Shown here piece by piece: positions 52,091-64,000 of a DNA stretch of 64,000 bases. The notes below the pieces were generated by a model that was given only the letters and a program-made list of their open reading frames with translations, had not been told where the DNA came from and ran no database searches. The position numbers were made by a program, and so were the translations under genes. Numbering within the stretch: the first letter of the stretch is position 1; every line of letters begins with the position of its first letter. Source of the DNA: Camelus ferus (Eukaryota); assembly GCF_009834535.1 (NCBI RefSeq), contig NC_045697.1, positions 10,294,001-10,358,000 of the forward strand, in the 5' to 3' direction.

Positions 52091-54874
52091 AACTGTTAGT
52101 AATTTCTCCTTTGATTGTACACAGTAAATGTGGGAGCATTTGAGAGGTTCGTGAAGTTGGCTCCCAACTCCCTCTCGCTCTCTTGACTTTTTCCACAGAA
52201 TCTCGAGTAATTCATTCCATCTCGGTGGGACTTATGCCGGCCAGAACCCACAACTGGTGACAAACCCACAATGTTTCTTTGCAAACATTTCAGACAGGTA
52301 AGAGCCTTCCATTTCCTAAACATACCTGTGCATCACTTACCTGTTCTTAGTAAATATTGCCAAGTCAACACCAACTCCAATCAAAGGCTCTATTATGAGC
52401 TGACTTGCAGGATGTGCAGTATATATGGCCTGAAGGAAAGATGGTGACTACAATCACGGACAACTTGACTAAGCTGTTTGCAACAAGTAGCGAGGGAAAG
52501 TATCACACGGTTTCTGGAATGGGAAGGAACGATAAGCTTCCTGTAAACTGTCGAGTTTACATTCATCATAATGATGAAATCTGGCAAGTGATTGCTTAAT
52601 CTGTGCCTACGGAGAGGGGAAAAAGTATTTAGGGAAGTATCAGCTGTGTTTTCTTCCTACTCCTGACATTAAAAAAAAAAAAAAACTCATAAACCCATGG
52701 ATACACAGTACAAAAAAGTATCCCCAGGTACATAAGGCAACTCCCAGGAATTTTTTAAATGCTAAGAGATATGTAGGCAGAAAGAAACAAGACTGTCATT
52801 TAAACTTCTGATTCCCATTAATTGACTAATTAGTCAAAATTAATTGTCCCACTAATTGACTAAAACTGGGTTTGTGGGGAACAACTTGGTTAATATATAA
52901 AACATTGACCTGAGTTCTAATTCCATCTCTGCCGCTATCTACCAATGTGGGGGACCTTGGGCAAGTTACTTGCCCTTTCTGAGACTTCAGTTTTCTCATC
53001 TGTGCAGATGTGAGTGTTAAGGGGTGATAAATAATACATATTAATTAGTCTATGACACACATAGAAAGGACTCTCCCAGGTAAGTGCTTCTCTGTTATGG
53101 GAAATCAGTCAGCAACAACCCAGTTCAAGAGTTAACTGACCTTCAGCCAATCATTATTTTCTTTGTTTAACTAGTCTTACTGTGATTCTTTCCACTCATT
53201 TTTCCTAAAATGCCCCTACCAGAATGATTCTTTGAATTACTATAGATTTTTCCCCTTATGTGCAAGATTGTAATGAAACATTGGCATATGCTTGTAATTG
53301 AACTGTTTGAAAAGTACTCCCTAACAGCAGAGAGATAGTAAGTCAAAGTGGGTAGGAGTGTGGACCCAGTTTCCTCATCTATCGTATAGGATAGTGAGTC
53401 TCTCCCTCCCAGGATAGCCTGAGAATTACATGCTGTACAGAACTTCGTAGAGAGCCTGGCAGAGGAAACACTAAATATTAGCTGCTACCTTTACCTATAA
53501 AGTGAAGAGGTTGGACAAGGCGCTCTCTTTGCTCTCCTCCAGTTCTCAGTTTCTGAGACCCTAGATATAGCACCTTGAAAGATGTTTCTTTAGGTTAATT
53601 CTACAAATTAATTTAACTGAAGAAAGGAAGACTCAGAGTTAGACTTGGCTGTTAAATGACAGAAAACACAAAACGACAGTGGCTGAAACAAGATAAAGAT
53701 TTTTTTTCTCTGTCTCATGGTATTAGTTATCTATTGCTGCATAACAAATTACCCCAAAACTTCCTGGCTTAAGATGACACCAATTGTTTCACAGTTTCTG
53801 AGGATCGACAATTCCAGAGTGGCTTAGCTGGGTCATTCTAGCTCAGCTTCTTTGCAGTTAAGCTGGCAGTTAAGCTGGTAGTCTAGCCACATAAAATAAA
53901 ATAGAAGTCACAATGACTCTGCAAGTTTAACAATGAATACATAAGAGATGGCTGTGAAATATTTACCAACTGTAAATGTCCAACTTGAGTCAGCTTTAAG
54001 ATGGGTCAAAATAAAAGGAATGCTATTATTCATGAAGAATTACAGATTTACACATGTTTAATTTTGCCTGTCTCAATATAAACATTCTTGAGAAATCTCT
54101 CTTTTTTTTTTTTACATACAGCATAATACTTCTATGATCTTCCTCTCCAAATGTAAGGGTGAATTATGCATTGATGATAGCTATCAGCCATCAAAAGACT
54201 AACTGTATACCAAGTGCCACGTTATCTGACAACATAATGAAGTATGTTCTGTCAACCCAAGTTGACAGATGAGGGAACCAAAGCTCAGAGAAGCACAAGT
54301 AAGATTTGAAGTCAGATCTCTCATTTTCACTGCACTGCCATGCTCTTTCTGGCTTGTACAGCATCGCACTTCACTTTCTGTCAAACACAAGTCCTGCTAT
54401 ATAGCCTTGCTGAACTCTTCATTGGTGAAAAGGGGTGCAGAGAGTCTGCAATAATATACGGCAGAACAGGATGCAGACCCACACTGCTTCAAGGTTCTTT
54501 GCTACGTGCTGGCAAGCGTTCACCTAGATTAACGACAGAAGATCTGAAATAATAATTAAGAGCCAATAAACTGCATGGTACTGACAATGCAAGTACAATA
54601 AGACTTCAGCCTGAGAGCTCAGATGCCAGGGGTACCTGAACTTGACCATCCCTTACAGTGTTCCTCAAAATGTGTCTTTCTGGAAACTGATTAGAATCTT
54701 AACAAGTCCTTTAAAAGGTTTTATTTCTGAGACTCACTTTGGAAATTCGATTCAGTACATTTGGGGCAAGGTCTCGGACTCTACATGTGATTCTTTTATT
54801 ATAACTAAAGTTTAAGAAATACTATTCCAGTTACTAACTATGCATCCATGATTAAAACTATTTTTCAAACTTGA

Positions 54875-54994
54875 GGGGGTGGGTATAGCTCTGTGGTGAG
54901 GGTATGCCTAGCATGCATGAGATCTGGGGTTCAATCGCCAGTACCTCCATTAAATAAATAAATAAACCTAATTACCCCCCCCCAAAAAAACCTC
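54875..54994 (+). mobile_element. tRNA-derived SINE (vic-1-like)
   Basis: TSD TCAAACTTGA at 54865-54874 and 54995-55004. Confidence 0.9.
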
Positions 54995-55335
54995 TCAAAC
55001 TTGATAGGTGGTTGTAGAGTTCATGGAACTCATGATATCATTTGCAAAATACAATGACACGATACGCTAAGTTTAATATAGCTAACTTCAGAAGATAGAG
55101 TACTATAGAAATAATATAGACTTCAAAAATAAACAGACCGGAGCTCAAATCTCTCCTCTGCTGTTTAATAGTTACCAAATTATGGGTAAGTTCCTGAACA
55201 TATCTGAACCTTAGTCTCCGCTGCTTTGAAATATTGATTATAATACCTTGATGGGTTATTGTGGAGATTGAAGCTAATATACATACAATGCTTGGCATAT
55301 GGTAGCCATTCACTTGATGACAGGTTTTCTTATGG

Positions 55336-55477
55336 TTTTTTTTTTTTTTTGGGGGGGGGGAGGTAATTAGGTTTGTTTATTTATTTATTTATTTTTTAAT
55401 GGAGGTACTGGGGATTCAACCCAGGACCCCATGCATGCTAAGTCTGCCCTCTACCACTTGAGCTATACTCTCCCCCC
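55336..55477 (-). mobile_element. tRNA-derived SINE (vic-1-like)
   Basis: Reverse-complement copy with a T-run tail; flanking repeat TGACAGGTT. Confidence 0.9.
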
Positions 55478-58284
55478 AGTGACAGGTTATTTTATTGTTA
55501 AACATCTAACACGATATAAAATAAAATACTGTATCTTAATAGGCTCTGTTAAGTATTAAGAGATATTAGGGGCCAAAGGTTTCAAAGTGGTTTGAGCCGT
55601 CATAGTGGTTCAGCACACCAGTCACGTTGTCTCGGCTCAAATCCCGGCTGGTCTGCTTTCTCACTTACTCCCAGCAGAGTAAGTCAGAACTTCCTATGCC
55701 TTCTGGGAATGAGGTCTTTGTTAACACTGTTAAGCCACAAGCCTGTGCTATTCTGTTGAATAAACTGTGAAGTGGAAATAATACTACTACCTCTCTGACA
55801 GGATTATGCGAGGATGAAATGGGATTATGCAGGTAAAGAGTTTATGACAGTGCCTGGCAAGTGACCAAAGTGCTTTAAAAAAAAAGAGAGAGAAAGCAAA
55901 GAAAAGAAAAAACAGCTCACTTCTATTATTATTCAACAAATGCTTCCTGTATGTCAGAAACTCCAGATTCAGTATCTCCAAAAGTGATCTCACTGTCTTC
56001 TCTGTCCTCTGCGTTTGCCAAGCCTCTGTGTTCTCATCGCCCTGACTTTTATCACCGTTCACCTAGTTACTCTAGCTAGAATTACAACAGCAAACAAACC
56101 TGAGTATACGTCACTGTTCTAGGGACTTTTGGTATTAAATTCTATGCATTCACAGAATGACTACGTGGAGTACAGTTACTATTATCATCCTTACTTTACG
56201 GAGGTGAAAACTGAGATGGAGAGGATCTTTAATTCGCCCAAGGTCATCCTTTTTGTAGCGGAGCCAAGGTTCTCGTGCAGGCATTTCAGTCCAGGAAACT
56301 GTATCTTTACAGTATGTGATGCAGCCTCTGGAGGCCTTGGAGTTATTTTAAAAGCTTTCACTCTCCATCACTTCAATATCTGATAAAATGCACAGTCCTC
56401 TCAAATGTCTCAAATCCGTCCCTTTCTCAGCTCACACTGATATGGACCTAGTTTAGGCCCTACTTACCTGCTGCTGGAACTACCAGTCTCCCTGATTTTA
56501 GGTTCTCATCCGATCCTTCTGCCAAACCAACTAGTCAGAAATGTTTCTAAAACATAGATCTGATAACTAATTCTCCCTTAATTAAAAGCATTTAATGGTG
56601 CCCCAATTTCTACAGAAGAGGATGCAGATACTCTTATGCGTCATTCAGTGAGGCATCTGGTACAGTACCTCACTTACAATAGTGAATACATTGCATTTTG
56701 CTTTTATCAATATGACCGTGTCTTTTTCCCCATGAAAATGGGTCCTTTTTGAACGTAGGGTCACTGTTTTCTTCATCTTTATATAACCCATATCTCCCCA
56801 GGCCCCAGCAGCCTGCAGATACAAATGATTAATATCAAACAATATCATTAATATGTGAATCTAAATGATTCATTGCTTCACCAGCCATTGCACAATCTGT
56901 AGCTTCAGGAGAAACCACCCACCATTACTGAGCAGTACTTCTGAGTCCTCAGGGATGGCTTTCACAGGCTCAGTAACAAATCCACTCCTTGTAGAGCCAT
57001 GCTGCCACCCCAGGTGACAAGTGAGCCACTGTGTCTCTTCCATTCTTCCCCTGGGCCATGTATTCTCAGATGGTCATTGTGAGCTTAGGTGCCAAGTAAA
57101 GAATGGCTTTCTTCTTTGTGACTGTCAAAGGGGTCCCAAAGGAGGGTTGCTTCAGCATCATGAGTTCAGTGAAGCAGCTTTCAACTGTATTCACTCAGAG
57201 AACCTCTAGCCCCCTGGGCATCAGATACGCTCTTGGGCATCTAAGCCAGGGCAAATGTGAGGTACAGCCATACCATCATATTCAGAATCCCTCCTTCACT
57301 CCAACAATGGTTTTAATATTTATCCAGCTTGTTTCTTTTTACCTCAAGATGATCTGCCTTGCATAAGTTACCACAGCAAATTTGGTGAAACTTTTATGGG
57401 GCCACCCTACTACTATGCTGAAAGTATCTAAAATGATCTGCATCCCAGAGTACCCGTAGGAATATGCTCAAGGAATATGCTCCAAGCTACATTTGTCTCA
57501 CCCCTTCCTGCTCTCCTCACCAGCTCCACTGCTGGAGATTCGTGCACACTAGAGCCTCAATCAGTGTTTTTTAATCTGTAATAACAGTTGAAATTTGATG
57601 CCACTTGAGCAGAGCTAGAGTTTATCTGAGGAAGGAACACAAACTTACCATGCGACTACCTGGCTTTCAGCCAAACGACACAGAAGCTCTGATATTTAAG
57701 GAAAACAAAAAACGAAAACAAAAGCAATGAGCTCTCAGCTGAGATGGATTTAGCCGTTGCTGGGACTCTGATGACCACAGTATACATGCACCTATGTTCT
57801 CCAAAGGAAGCCTCCAAAACAATTTGGGTCACAAGTGTATTACTCAAGACTACATGCCACACCCTTCGGCTGAAGCAAGAGAAGGCTGATTCACTCTCCT
57901 TGTGGCCATTTGCAAACAGAATTGCATCAAGTTCCTATTGACACACTCTTTCAAAAAGACCATTTGAGTTATCTTATTCCTGTAATGTAAGTCTTTTAGG
58001 TTGATTTGACTTTTCAGATTTTAAGTAATGAGGTTGTTGTTGTTGTTGTTGTTCTGATGACATTGCAACCTGTTAGGCAATATGATATTAATGGAGAAAA
58101 TTCACCCAATTGCTAACTAGATCGGGGGTTTAAATATTGGTAGTATTTTCAGCTCACTGGTATTAAATTAACTTCAAAAGAAATTAATGGATATTGAATA
58201 CTTTCTGGTTTAATGTGAACATTATAAACCATATTAGTACTATTACAAATTGCAACTCTTAATAGTAAAAATCTCATCCCACTC

Positions 58285-58376
58285 TTTTTTTTTTTTCTGT
58301 GAGGTAATTGGGATTAAACCCAGGACGTCATGCACACTAAGCATGTGCTCTTCCAGTGAGCTATTACCCTCCTCCC
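58285..58376 (-). mobile_element. Short tRNA-derived SINE (tRNA-like head plus poly-A only)
   Basis: T-run then GAGGTAATTGGGATTAAACCCAGGAC...GAGCTATTACCCTCCTCCC; flanks TCATCCCAC/TCATTCCAC. Confidence 0.8.
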
Positions 58377-59210
58377 GTCATTCCACGCTTAATGATTAGA
58401 ATCATGGTGTATAGAGCAAAGGGCACCTGAATGATGTCAGTACTTCACTTCTGTTCTTTGGCTCTTTCACTAAACAATCACATGATCGTGGGCAAGCCCT
58501 ATAACCTTTATGACAATCTACGGGAAAACAGGTAGAAGGGTTATCACTCGGCATGTTGTACAGGCATTCAGTATGTGTTAGAGTGGAAGTTTTAACATGT
58601 ATTAAACAGTTTATATTCTTTGTGAATTGTATATTAAGTATTTGACCTTCCTATTTGACATGTAGATATGGAAAGACTTACCATTACATTCAAATGAGAC
58701 TAAGCAAAGTTTCGTACAGCCTCTAAATGCAAAATCAAATGGCATAATACAGTGCTTTTTAAAACAGGTCACAAGCTAATTATGGGTTGAAACCAGCAAG
58801 TCTTTTTAGTAGAATATGCCAGAGCAACTTAAAGTCCAAACAAGGACTATGCCTACTGCCACAAATACCATGATCAACCTTGGCCACTGTTAGGAGAAAT
58901 GATAAATGGAGAGGAGGTGATAAATAAAACATGAATTGGCTAAGATATTTTGATTGCTGTCTTCTCATTTGATTTCTTGGTGTAAGATGGTCAGCTTAAC
59001 TGTCACCTCACTGGAAAAGCTAATAACTGTACAAATAAATGTTTGGTTAATGTAATGTAATTCAATTAGTTGTGAAGGAATTTCATCTGCTAGTGACAGA
59101 AGTTATCAAGATTTGCAGTTACAAATGTTCAATCTATTTGTCAGAAAACATCTGGAGTGATCTCTTAAATTTATAATTTATAACATTTTAATCAAACTAA
59201 TACAAATTAC

Positions 59211-60445
59211 ATAAAACTCTATTTTTAAAATAAAAATAAAGATGATGAAGTGAGAACTGTTTAACTGCTAGATCTGGGTTGTAAAATAGTGACAATATGG
59301 AGAAAAATGTTCATTTTAAACAGCAAAATTTGACTTCAAACCATGTTCTAAAAAGAAAAGCAAGAAAATACTTAAAGTTTATCATGAAGATAATTAAATA
59401 TGTGGGTTTATCAAATTACCAATGATATTTTTAAAACAAAAATTTTAAATATTCAAAGTTAAAAAGCTACTTGGAAACAACTTGCTGAACTTATTGATAA
59501 AGAAAGGGGGAAAATATATTCAAGTTCCCAATGTAATTTCTTAGTCATTTCACCACTGTTGGTGATAAAACCTAACCTTACTATCATCATTTAGGCATAT
59601 TGAGAGACACAAGAGAAAATGACTTACATATTTTCCTCCAGCATGTTTAGATATGGTGTATATAACTTTAAATCTCATCTAATTGATTAAAAGCTATGCA
59701 GAGTGATAGCACAGTGGCTCATTTATTTTTTATTACTGGAGAAAATTTAGAAGCAATACTTCTCATAAATCTGCAGAGATTGCAAAATCCAATTTGATGG
59801 AAACAAGCTGCATAACACTTTTAGTTTGTTGGATATATACGTAGTAAGATCATAGGATACATTATGTTGTTTAAATATAACATCACACAAAACTAAATTA
59901 AATATGTTTATAGTCGATAATATACTGCTGGTTAATACAGGTGTAAAAGAAGTTTTATGATGGATAATGTCAAGCACACGTAAGAATAGAGACAATAATA
60001 TAATGAACACCCCAATTCATCCAATACCTGGTTTCAATAATTATCAGCTAACACACAATATAACAAAATTCTGTCAACCAAACTCATTCTACTGAATTTA
60101 TTGAGGTATTGAAAAACACAAAGTTATTTTTATTAAATATTGAATACTACTTGGTCATCTGTTTTTTCCAGTTGAAAAGAAATTACTATTTGGAAAACAT
60201 TTCCAAAGACAGTAGCTAAGTAATAACATGACACAGTGAAATGATATTTTCAGCATTCTCAATGAACTGTCTCTACAACTACAGGGATTTATTTCAACAG
60301 TCAAGCATATCTGAGGGTTCCAAAAGGCATTACTGTCATGGCGGTTATCCCCTAGCTATTACACATTACCCACGTTTTTACAACATATGGAAGACATTTT
60401 AAAAGAAATACATTGTTATATCTAACCTTTCTAATGCAAACTTTT
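59211..60445 (+). pseudogene. Decayed FAM200/Buster-type (hAT-Charlie) transposase-derived ORF, 5' part
   Basis: Collinear hand-translated blocks with stops and frameshifts: NSDNMEKN (~59285), SKLKSYLET..AELIDK (59453-59501), PACLDMV (59638-59658), IQFDG (59787-59801), DIFSILNELSLQLQG (60243-60287), PSYYTLPTFLQHMEDILKEI (60351-60410). These match motifs I recall from FAM200A/B (SKLKRHLETQHAELIDK, PACLDMV, IQLDES, DIFSILNELSLKLQG, PSYYMFPRFLQHIEE). Confidence 0.85.
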
Positions 60446-61288
60446 GTAAAAACTTTATGGAGGCATAACTGATATACAACAAACCACACACATTTAAAAT
60501 GTAAAATCTGATGTTTTGACAAAGGCATAAACACAAGAAACTATCACCTGAATCAAAAAAAATATCTCCACCATCCCCAAGTCTCATGGTGCCTTTGGGT
60601 TAGCCCTCCCTCTTGCTCTCCTCAACCCCATCCCTGCCTCTCTACCCCAGGCAATTACTGATCTTTCTGTCTCTATGTCTTTAGTTTGCATTTTCTAGAA
60701 TTTTATATAAATATAATCACATGGAATATAGCTTTTGTCTGATTTCTTTCCCTCAGCATAACTAGTTTTGAAACTCATCCATGTTATGATGAGTATCAAT
60801 ATTGCATTCCTTTTTATTGCTGAGTAGTATTCCATTGTATGTTTTCTACTGTATACCAGTTTACTCACTTGTTGATGGACACTTCGGTTATTTCTAATTT
60901 TGTTTATTACAAAATGACAGAACTACTAAAACATTTGTGTAAAAGTCTATGTATGGACAAATATTTCCTTTTCTCTGTGGTAAATACCTAAGAGTAGAAT
61001 GGCTAGATCATATTGTAGATGCATATTTAACTTCAGAAGAAATTGCCAAAGTATTTTCCAAAGTGGTTGTACCGTTTCACATTCTTTACCCCTGGCAATA
61101 TTATTTGTTGTGAAATCTACTTTGTCTAATAACAGTAGTCACTCCAGCTTTCTTCTGGTTGGTGTTACCATCACATATCTTCACATCCTTTTATTGTTCA
61201 CCTATTTGTGTCTTATAAGCAGTGTATAATTGGGTCTTGCTTTTTTATCCAATCCAATAGTCTCTGCATTTTAACTGCGATATAGAGC

Positions 61289-61445
61289 CAGCGGTTCCCA
61301 ACTGAAAGTGATTTTGTCCCCCAAGAAACATTTGACAATATCTGGAGATATTTTTTAAATAACCTTTTAAAAATGTAAAAGCTATTCTTAGATTGCAGGC
61401 AACACACCAGCAAGGTTGCAGACCATAGTTAGTTTGTCAGTCTCT
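61289..61445. mobile_element. MER20-like end followed by MER58-like end, nested in the L1
   Basis: CAGCGGTTCCCAAC...GATTTTGTCCCCCAAGAAACATTTGACAATATCTGGAGATATTTT (MER20-like), then TTTAAAAATGTAAAAGCTATTCTTAG...TAGTTTGTCAGTCTCT (MER58-like). Confidence 0.6.
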
Positions 61446-62684
61446 ACTGTATTTCCTTCTGCCTGAAAGACTGGACTTGCTTTAACATATCTTATATTAC
61501 AGATCTCTTCTAATGATGAATTCTTTCAGCTTTTGTCTGAAAAATCACTTTGCCTATACAAATGAAATGCATAGATATAGTATAAATCCTATTTCAAAGA
61601 AACAAGTGTGAAGCAGGAAAGGTATTTTCTTCAGGCACAGAATTTTAGATTGACAGAGTTCTTTCCAGTACATTAAATAACTGATTACTCAATTGAACTA
61701 TTTACTAAAAGATACCTGATGTCTTTCTCATCTCAGAAACAGTGCCTTTTTTCCTTTGGTCTCTAAGATTTTATCTTTTTTTCCCCTAAGATTTTATCTT
61801 TATCATTGGTATTAAGCAATTGGGTTATGATATGCCTTGCTATAGTTTTTTTCATGCTTCTTGTGCTTGGGGTTCATTGATCTTCTTAGATCTATGGGCT
61901 TATAATCTCCATATTAAAAAAAAAAACTTTTTAGCTATTTCCTTAAATAAATTCTTCAGATTTCTCCTCTCACCCTTTAGTCTCCTTACAGGCATATTAG
62001 ACAGTTACGCACAGCTCACTCGTGGTCTTTTTCTGTGCTTAATTTTGGATAGTTTCTATTGACATGTCTTCAAATTCATCTTTTCTTCTGCAATGTCAAA
62101 TCTTCCATTAATCCCATCCAGTGTTTTATATTTTACATAGTGTAGTTTTCATCTCGAGAAGTTTGGTGTTTTTCTATCTTCCATGTCTCTACTTAACTTT
62201 TTGTTAAAATATGGAATAGGTACAATATAATGGCTGCAACTGTTAACATCTGGATCGGTTTTAGTTGATTTGTCTCCTTTTTATGGGTCCTCTTTTCCCA
62301 CTTATTTGCATCTTTGGTAATTTTTGATCGGATGCCAAACATTGAAAGATTCACCTTTCTAGGTACTGGATATTTTTGTAACCCTGTATATCTTTGTTCT
62401 GGCACAGTTACTTGGAAACAATTTGATATTTTCAGGTCTTGCTTTAAATACAAAGACAGAAGAGTGTTCAACCTAGGGCCAATTATTTCCAGCTGAGGCA
62501 AGACCCTTCTATGCACTCTACCCAATGCTTTGTGAATGTTTTTCCAGTATGTCTTATGGGAACAGCCATTATTCCCAGCCCTTTTTGAGTTTATCACGAA
62601 TACTTTCAAGTGGTCCTTTCCTCGGCCTCAGGTAATTTCCTCACCTACATGCAGTGATCAGTATGCACCTGAAAACTCAAGGGA

Positions 62685-63165
62685 GTTTTTTTTTTTATTA
62701 TTTGAGCATAGTTGATTTACAATGTTGTGTTAATTTCAAGTGTACAGCAAAGTGGTTCAGTTATACATGTGTATCTGGTTTTTTTCAGGTGCTTTTCCAT
62801 TATAGGTTATTACAAGATACTGAATATAATTCTCTGTGCTAGACAGTAGGCCTTGTTGGTTATTTTATATACTTCAAATTCCTAATTTATTCCTCCTCCT
62901 CTTTCCCCTTTGGTAAGCATAAGTTTATTCTCTATGTCTGTGAGTCTATTTCTGTCTTGTAAATAAGTCCATTCGTATCTTTTGTTGTTGTTGTTGTTGT
63001 TGTTGTTTGGGGGGAGGAAATTAGGTTTAGTATTATTACTTTATTATTTAACAGAGGTACTGGGGATTGAAACCATAACCTCATGTATGCTAAGCATACA
63101 CTCTACCACTGAGCTATACCTTTCCTATTTTAGATTCCATACATAAGCAATATCATATATTTGTT
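62685..63165 (-). mobile_element. Artiodactyl-type L1 3' end with a nested SINE
   Basis: ATAGTTGATTTACAATGTTGTG...TTCCATTATAGGTTATTACAAGATACTGAATAT, the same family as the stubs at 2496 and 25946. Confidence 0.75.
62983..63125 (-). mobile_element. tRNA-derived SINE (vic-1-like) with (GTT)n tail, nested in an L1 stub
   Basis: GAGGTACTGGGGATTGAAACC...CTCTACCACTGAGCTATACC. Confidence 0.85.
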
Positions 63166-63491
63166 AAATGGAGATTCTTTCCAGATTTCTAGCCTTCACT
63201 TTCTGTGCAGCTCTCTCCTTTCTAGTACTCTGTGCTGCAAATTCTAGCCATCTTGGTTTCACCAGACTCTCAGCTCTAGCTCAAACCAGGGATCCTACCA
63301 GGCTCTTCCTGTGTACCCCATGGAAATTCTCTCAAGGCACCAAGCTGGAGCAATCATAGAACTCACTTTGTTTGTGTACTCTCACTCAGGGTTCATATCC
63401 TTTATTGTCTCTTCTTCATTGCCCAATGTCCAGTGTCTTTAAAAACATTGTTTCATATATTTTGTCCATTTTTTATTGTTTCAAGCCTGCT

Positions 63492-63880
63492 CAAACTTTT
63501 AACCATTATATCCCAGAAAAAAAATTGATGCATTCAAGAAAAATATCTGGTTATACGCACTTGTTTTCCAAAACTCTGAATCAAAAGCTGAGTTTATAGG
63601 CTTGGTAATTAAAGAATATGAAATATTACAATTTACTTTTCATAAACACTAAAGAACAATTATGAGGCATTAAACTTATCATCCTTTTGGATGAAAGAAG
63701 ACAGTCCATTGAAAAACAGAATTAATGTTGTTTCACTCATTAGTGCTTTTAATACTTAATCCAATCCAATTAAAAACATAAAATGTTCCTAATTTTTTAT
63801 TTGTATTGTATTTATTTGGGATTATTTCTCTATGCTGCATTTAAATATTAATGAGATTGTATGTAATCATAACTTTTTTC
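63492..63880 (+). pseudogene. Decayed FAM200/Buster-type transposase-derived ORF, 3' part
   Basis: Resumes with QTFNHYIPEKK (63492-) and TLKNNYEALNLSSFWMKEDSPL (63646-), resembling FAM200B SQTFNHFFPEEK and [24 protein letters not shown] as recalled. Confidence 0.8.
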
Positions 63881-64000
63881 CCCTGCAACACAAAGGTATC
63901 ATTTTATGACATTTTTATTTTAGTCATAAAATCTTTTCTATCAGCTCATTTCTATTGTATTAGAAAATGATCAAGGTAATGGCATTACATGATAAACTAA

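Larger units (their letters stand above)
60446..63491 (-). mobile_element. Old L1 (L1M-type) inserted antisense into the transposase relic, with nested younger elements
   Basis: L1 3'-UTR-like sequence at 60446-61060, then inter-ORF/ORF1-like sequence. Flanked by the direct repeat CAAACTTTT (60437-60445 and 63492-63500) at a TTTT/AA endonuclease-type site. Confidence 0.75.

Noticed and set aside
52405..52599. 64-aa + strand ORF with a natural-looking composition
   Set aside because: No recognisable homology, a non-ATG start, and it is out of frame with the upstream exon-like segment.
53880..54200. Possible further transposase or coding relic
   Set aside because: Hand translation gave no recognisable motif; left unassigned.

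Overview
Mammalian genomic DNA, most likely camelid: it carries tRNA-derived vic-1-like SINEs and artiodactyl-type L1 3' ends, and I saw no Alu, Bov-tA or PRE1 elements. The window holds the complete FBXL5 gene (the iron/oxygen-sensing F-box protein that targets IRP2) on the minus strand. Its 11 coding exons run from ATG 44769 to TGA 4995 and total 2076 nt (691 aa plus stop), all introns are GT-AG, and it has a CpG-island promoter (~44.2-45.6 kb) and a 3' UTR with several poly(A) signals. The introns and upstream flank are full of old L1, L2, MIR, MaLR/ERV1 LTRs, MER20/MER58/MER5 and Tigger elements, including a near full-length Tigger1. The least obvious feature, essentially absent from the ORF track, is a heavily decayed FAM200/Buster (hAT-Charlie) transposase-derived reading frame on the + strand (~59.2-63.9 kb). 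It is split by a 3-kb L1 insertion with a visible target-site duplication, on the side of FBXL5 where human FAM200B lies. Other candidates are an out-of-frame uORF overlapping the FBXL5 start, inverted Tigger1 copies bracketing exon 10, tandem splice sites and a miR-17-family 8mer. I found no convincing wholly new biological system. Repeat-family names and homologies come from recall and by-eye comparison, not from database searches.
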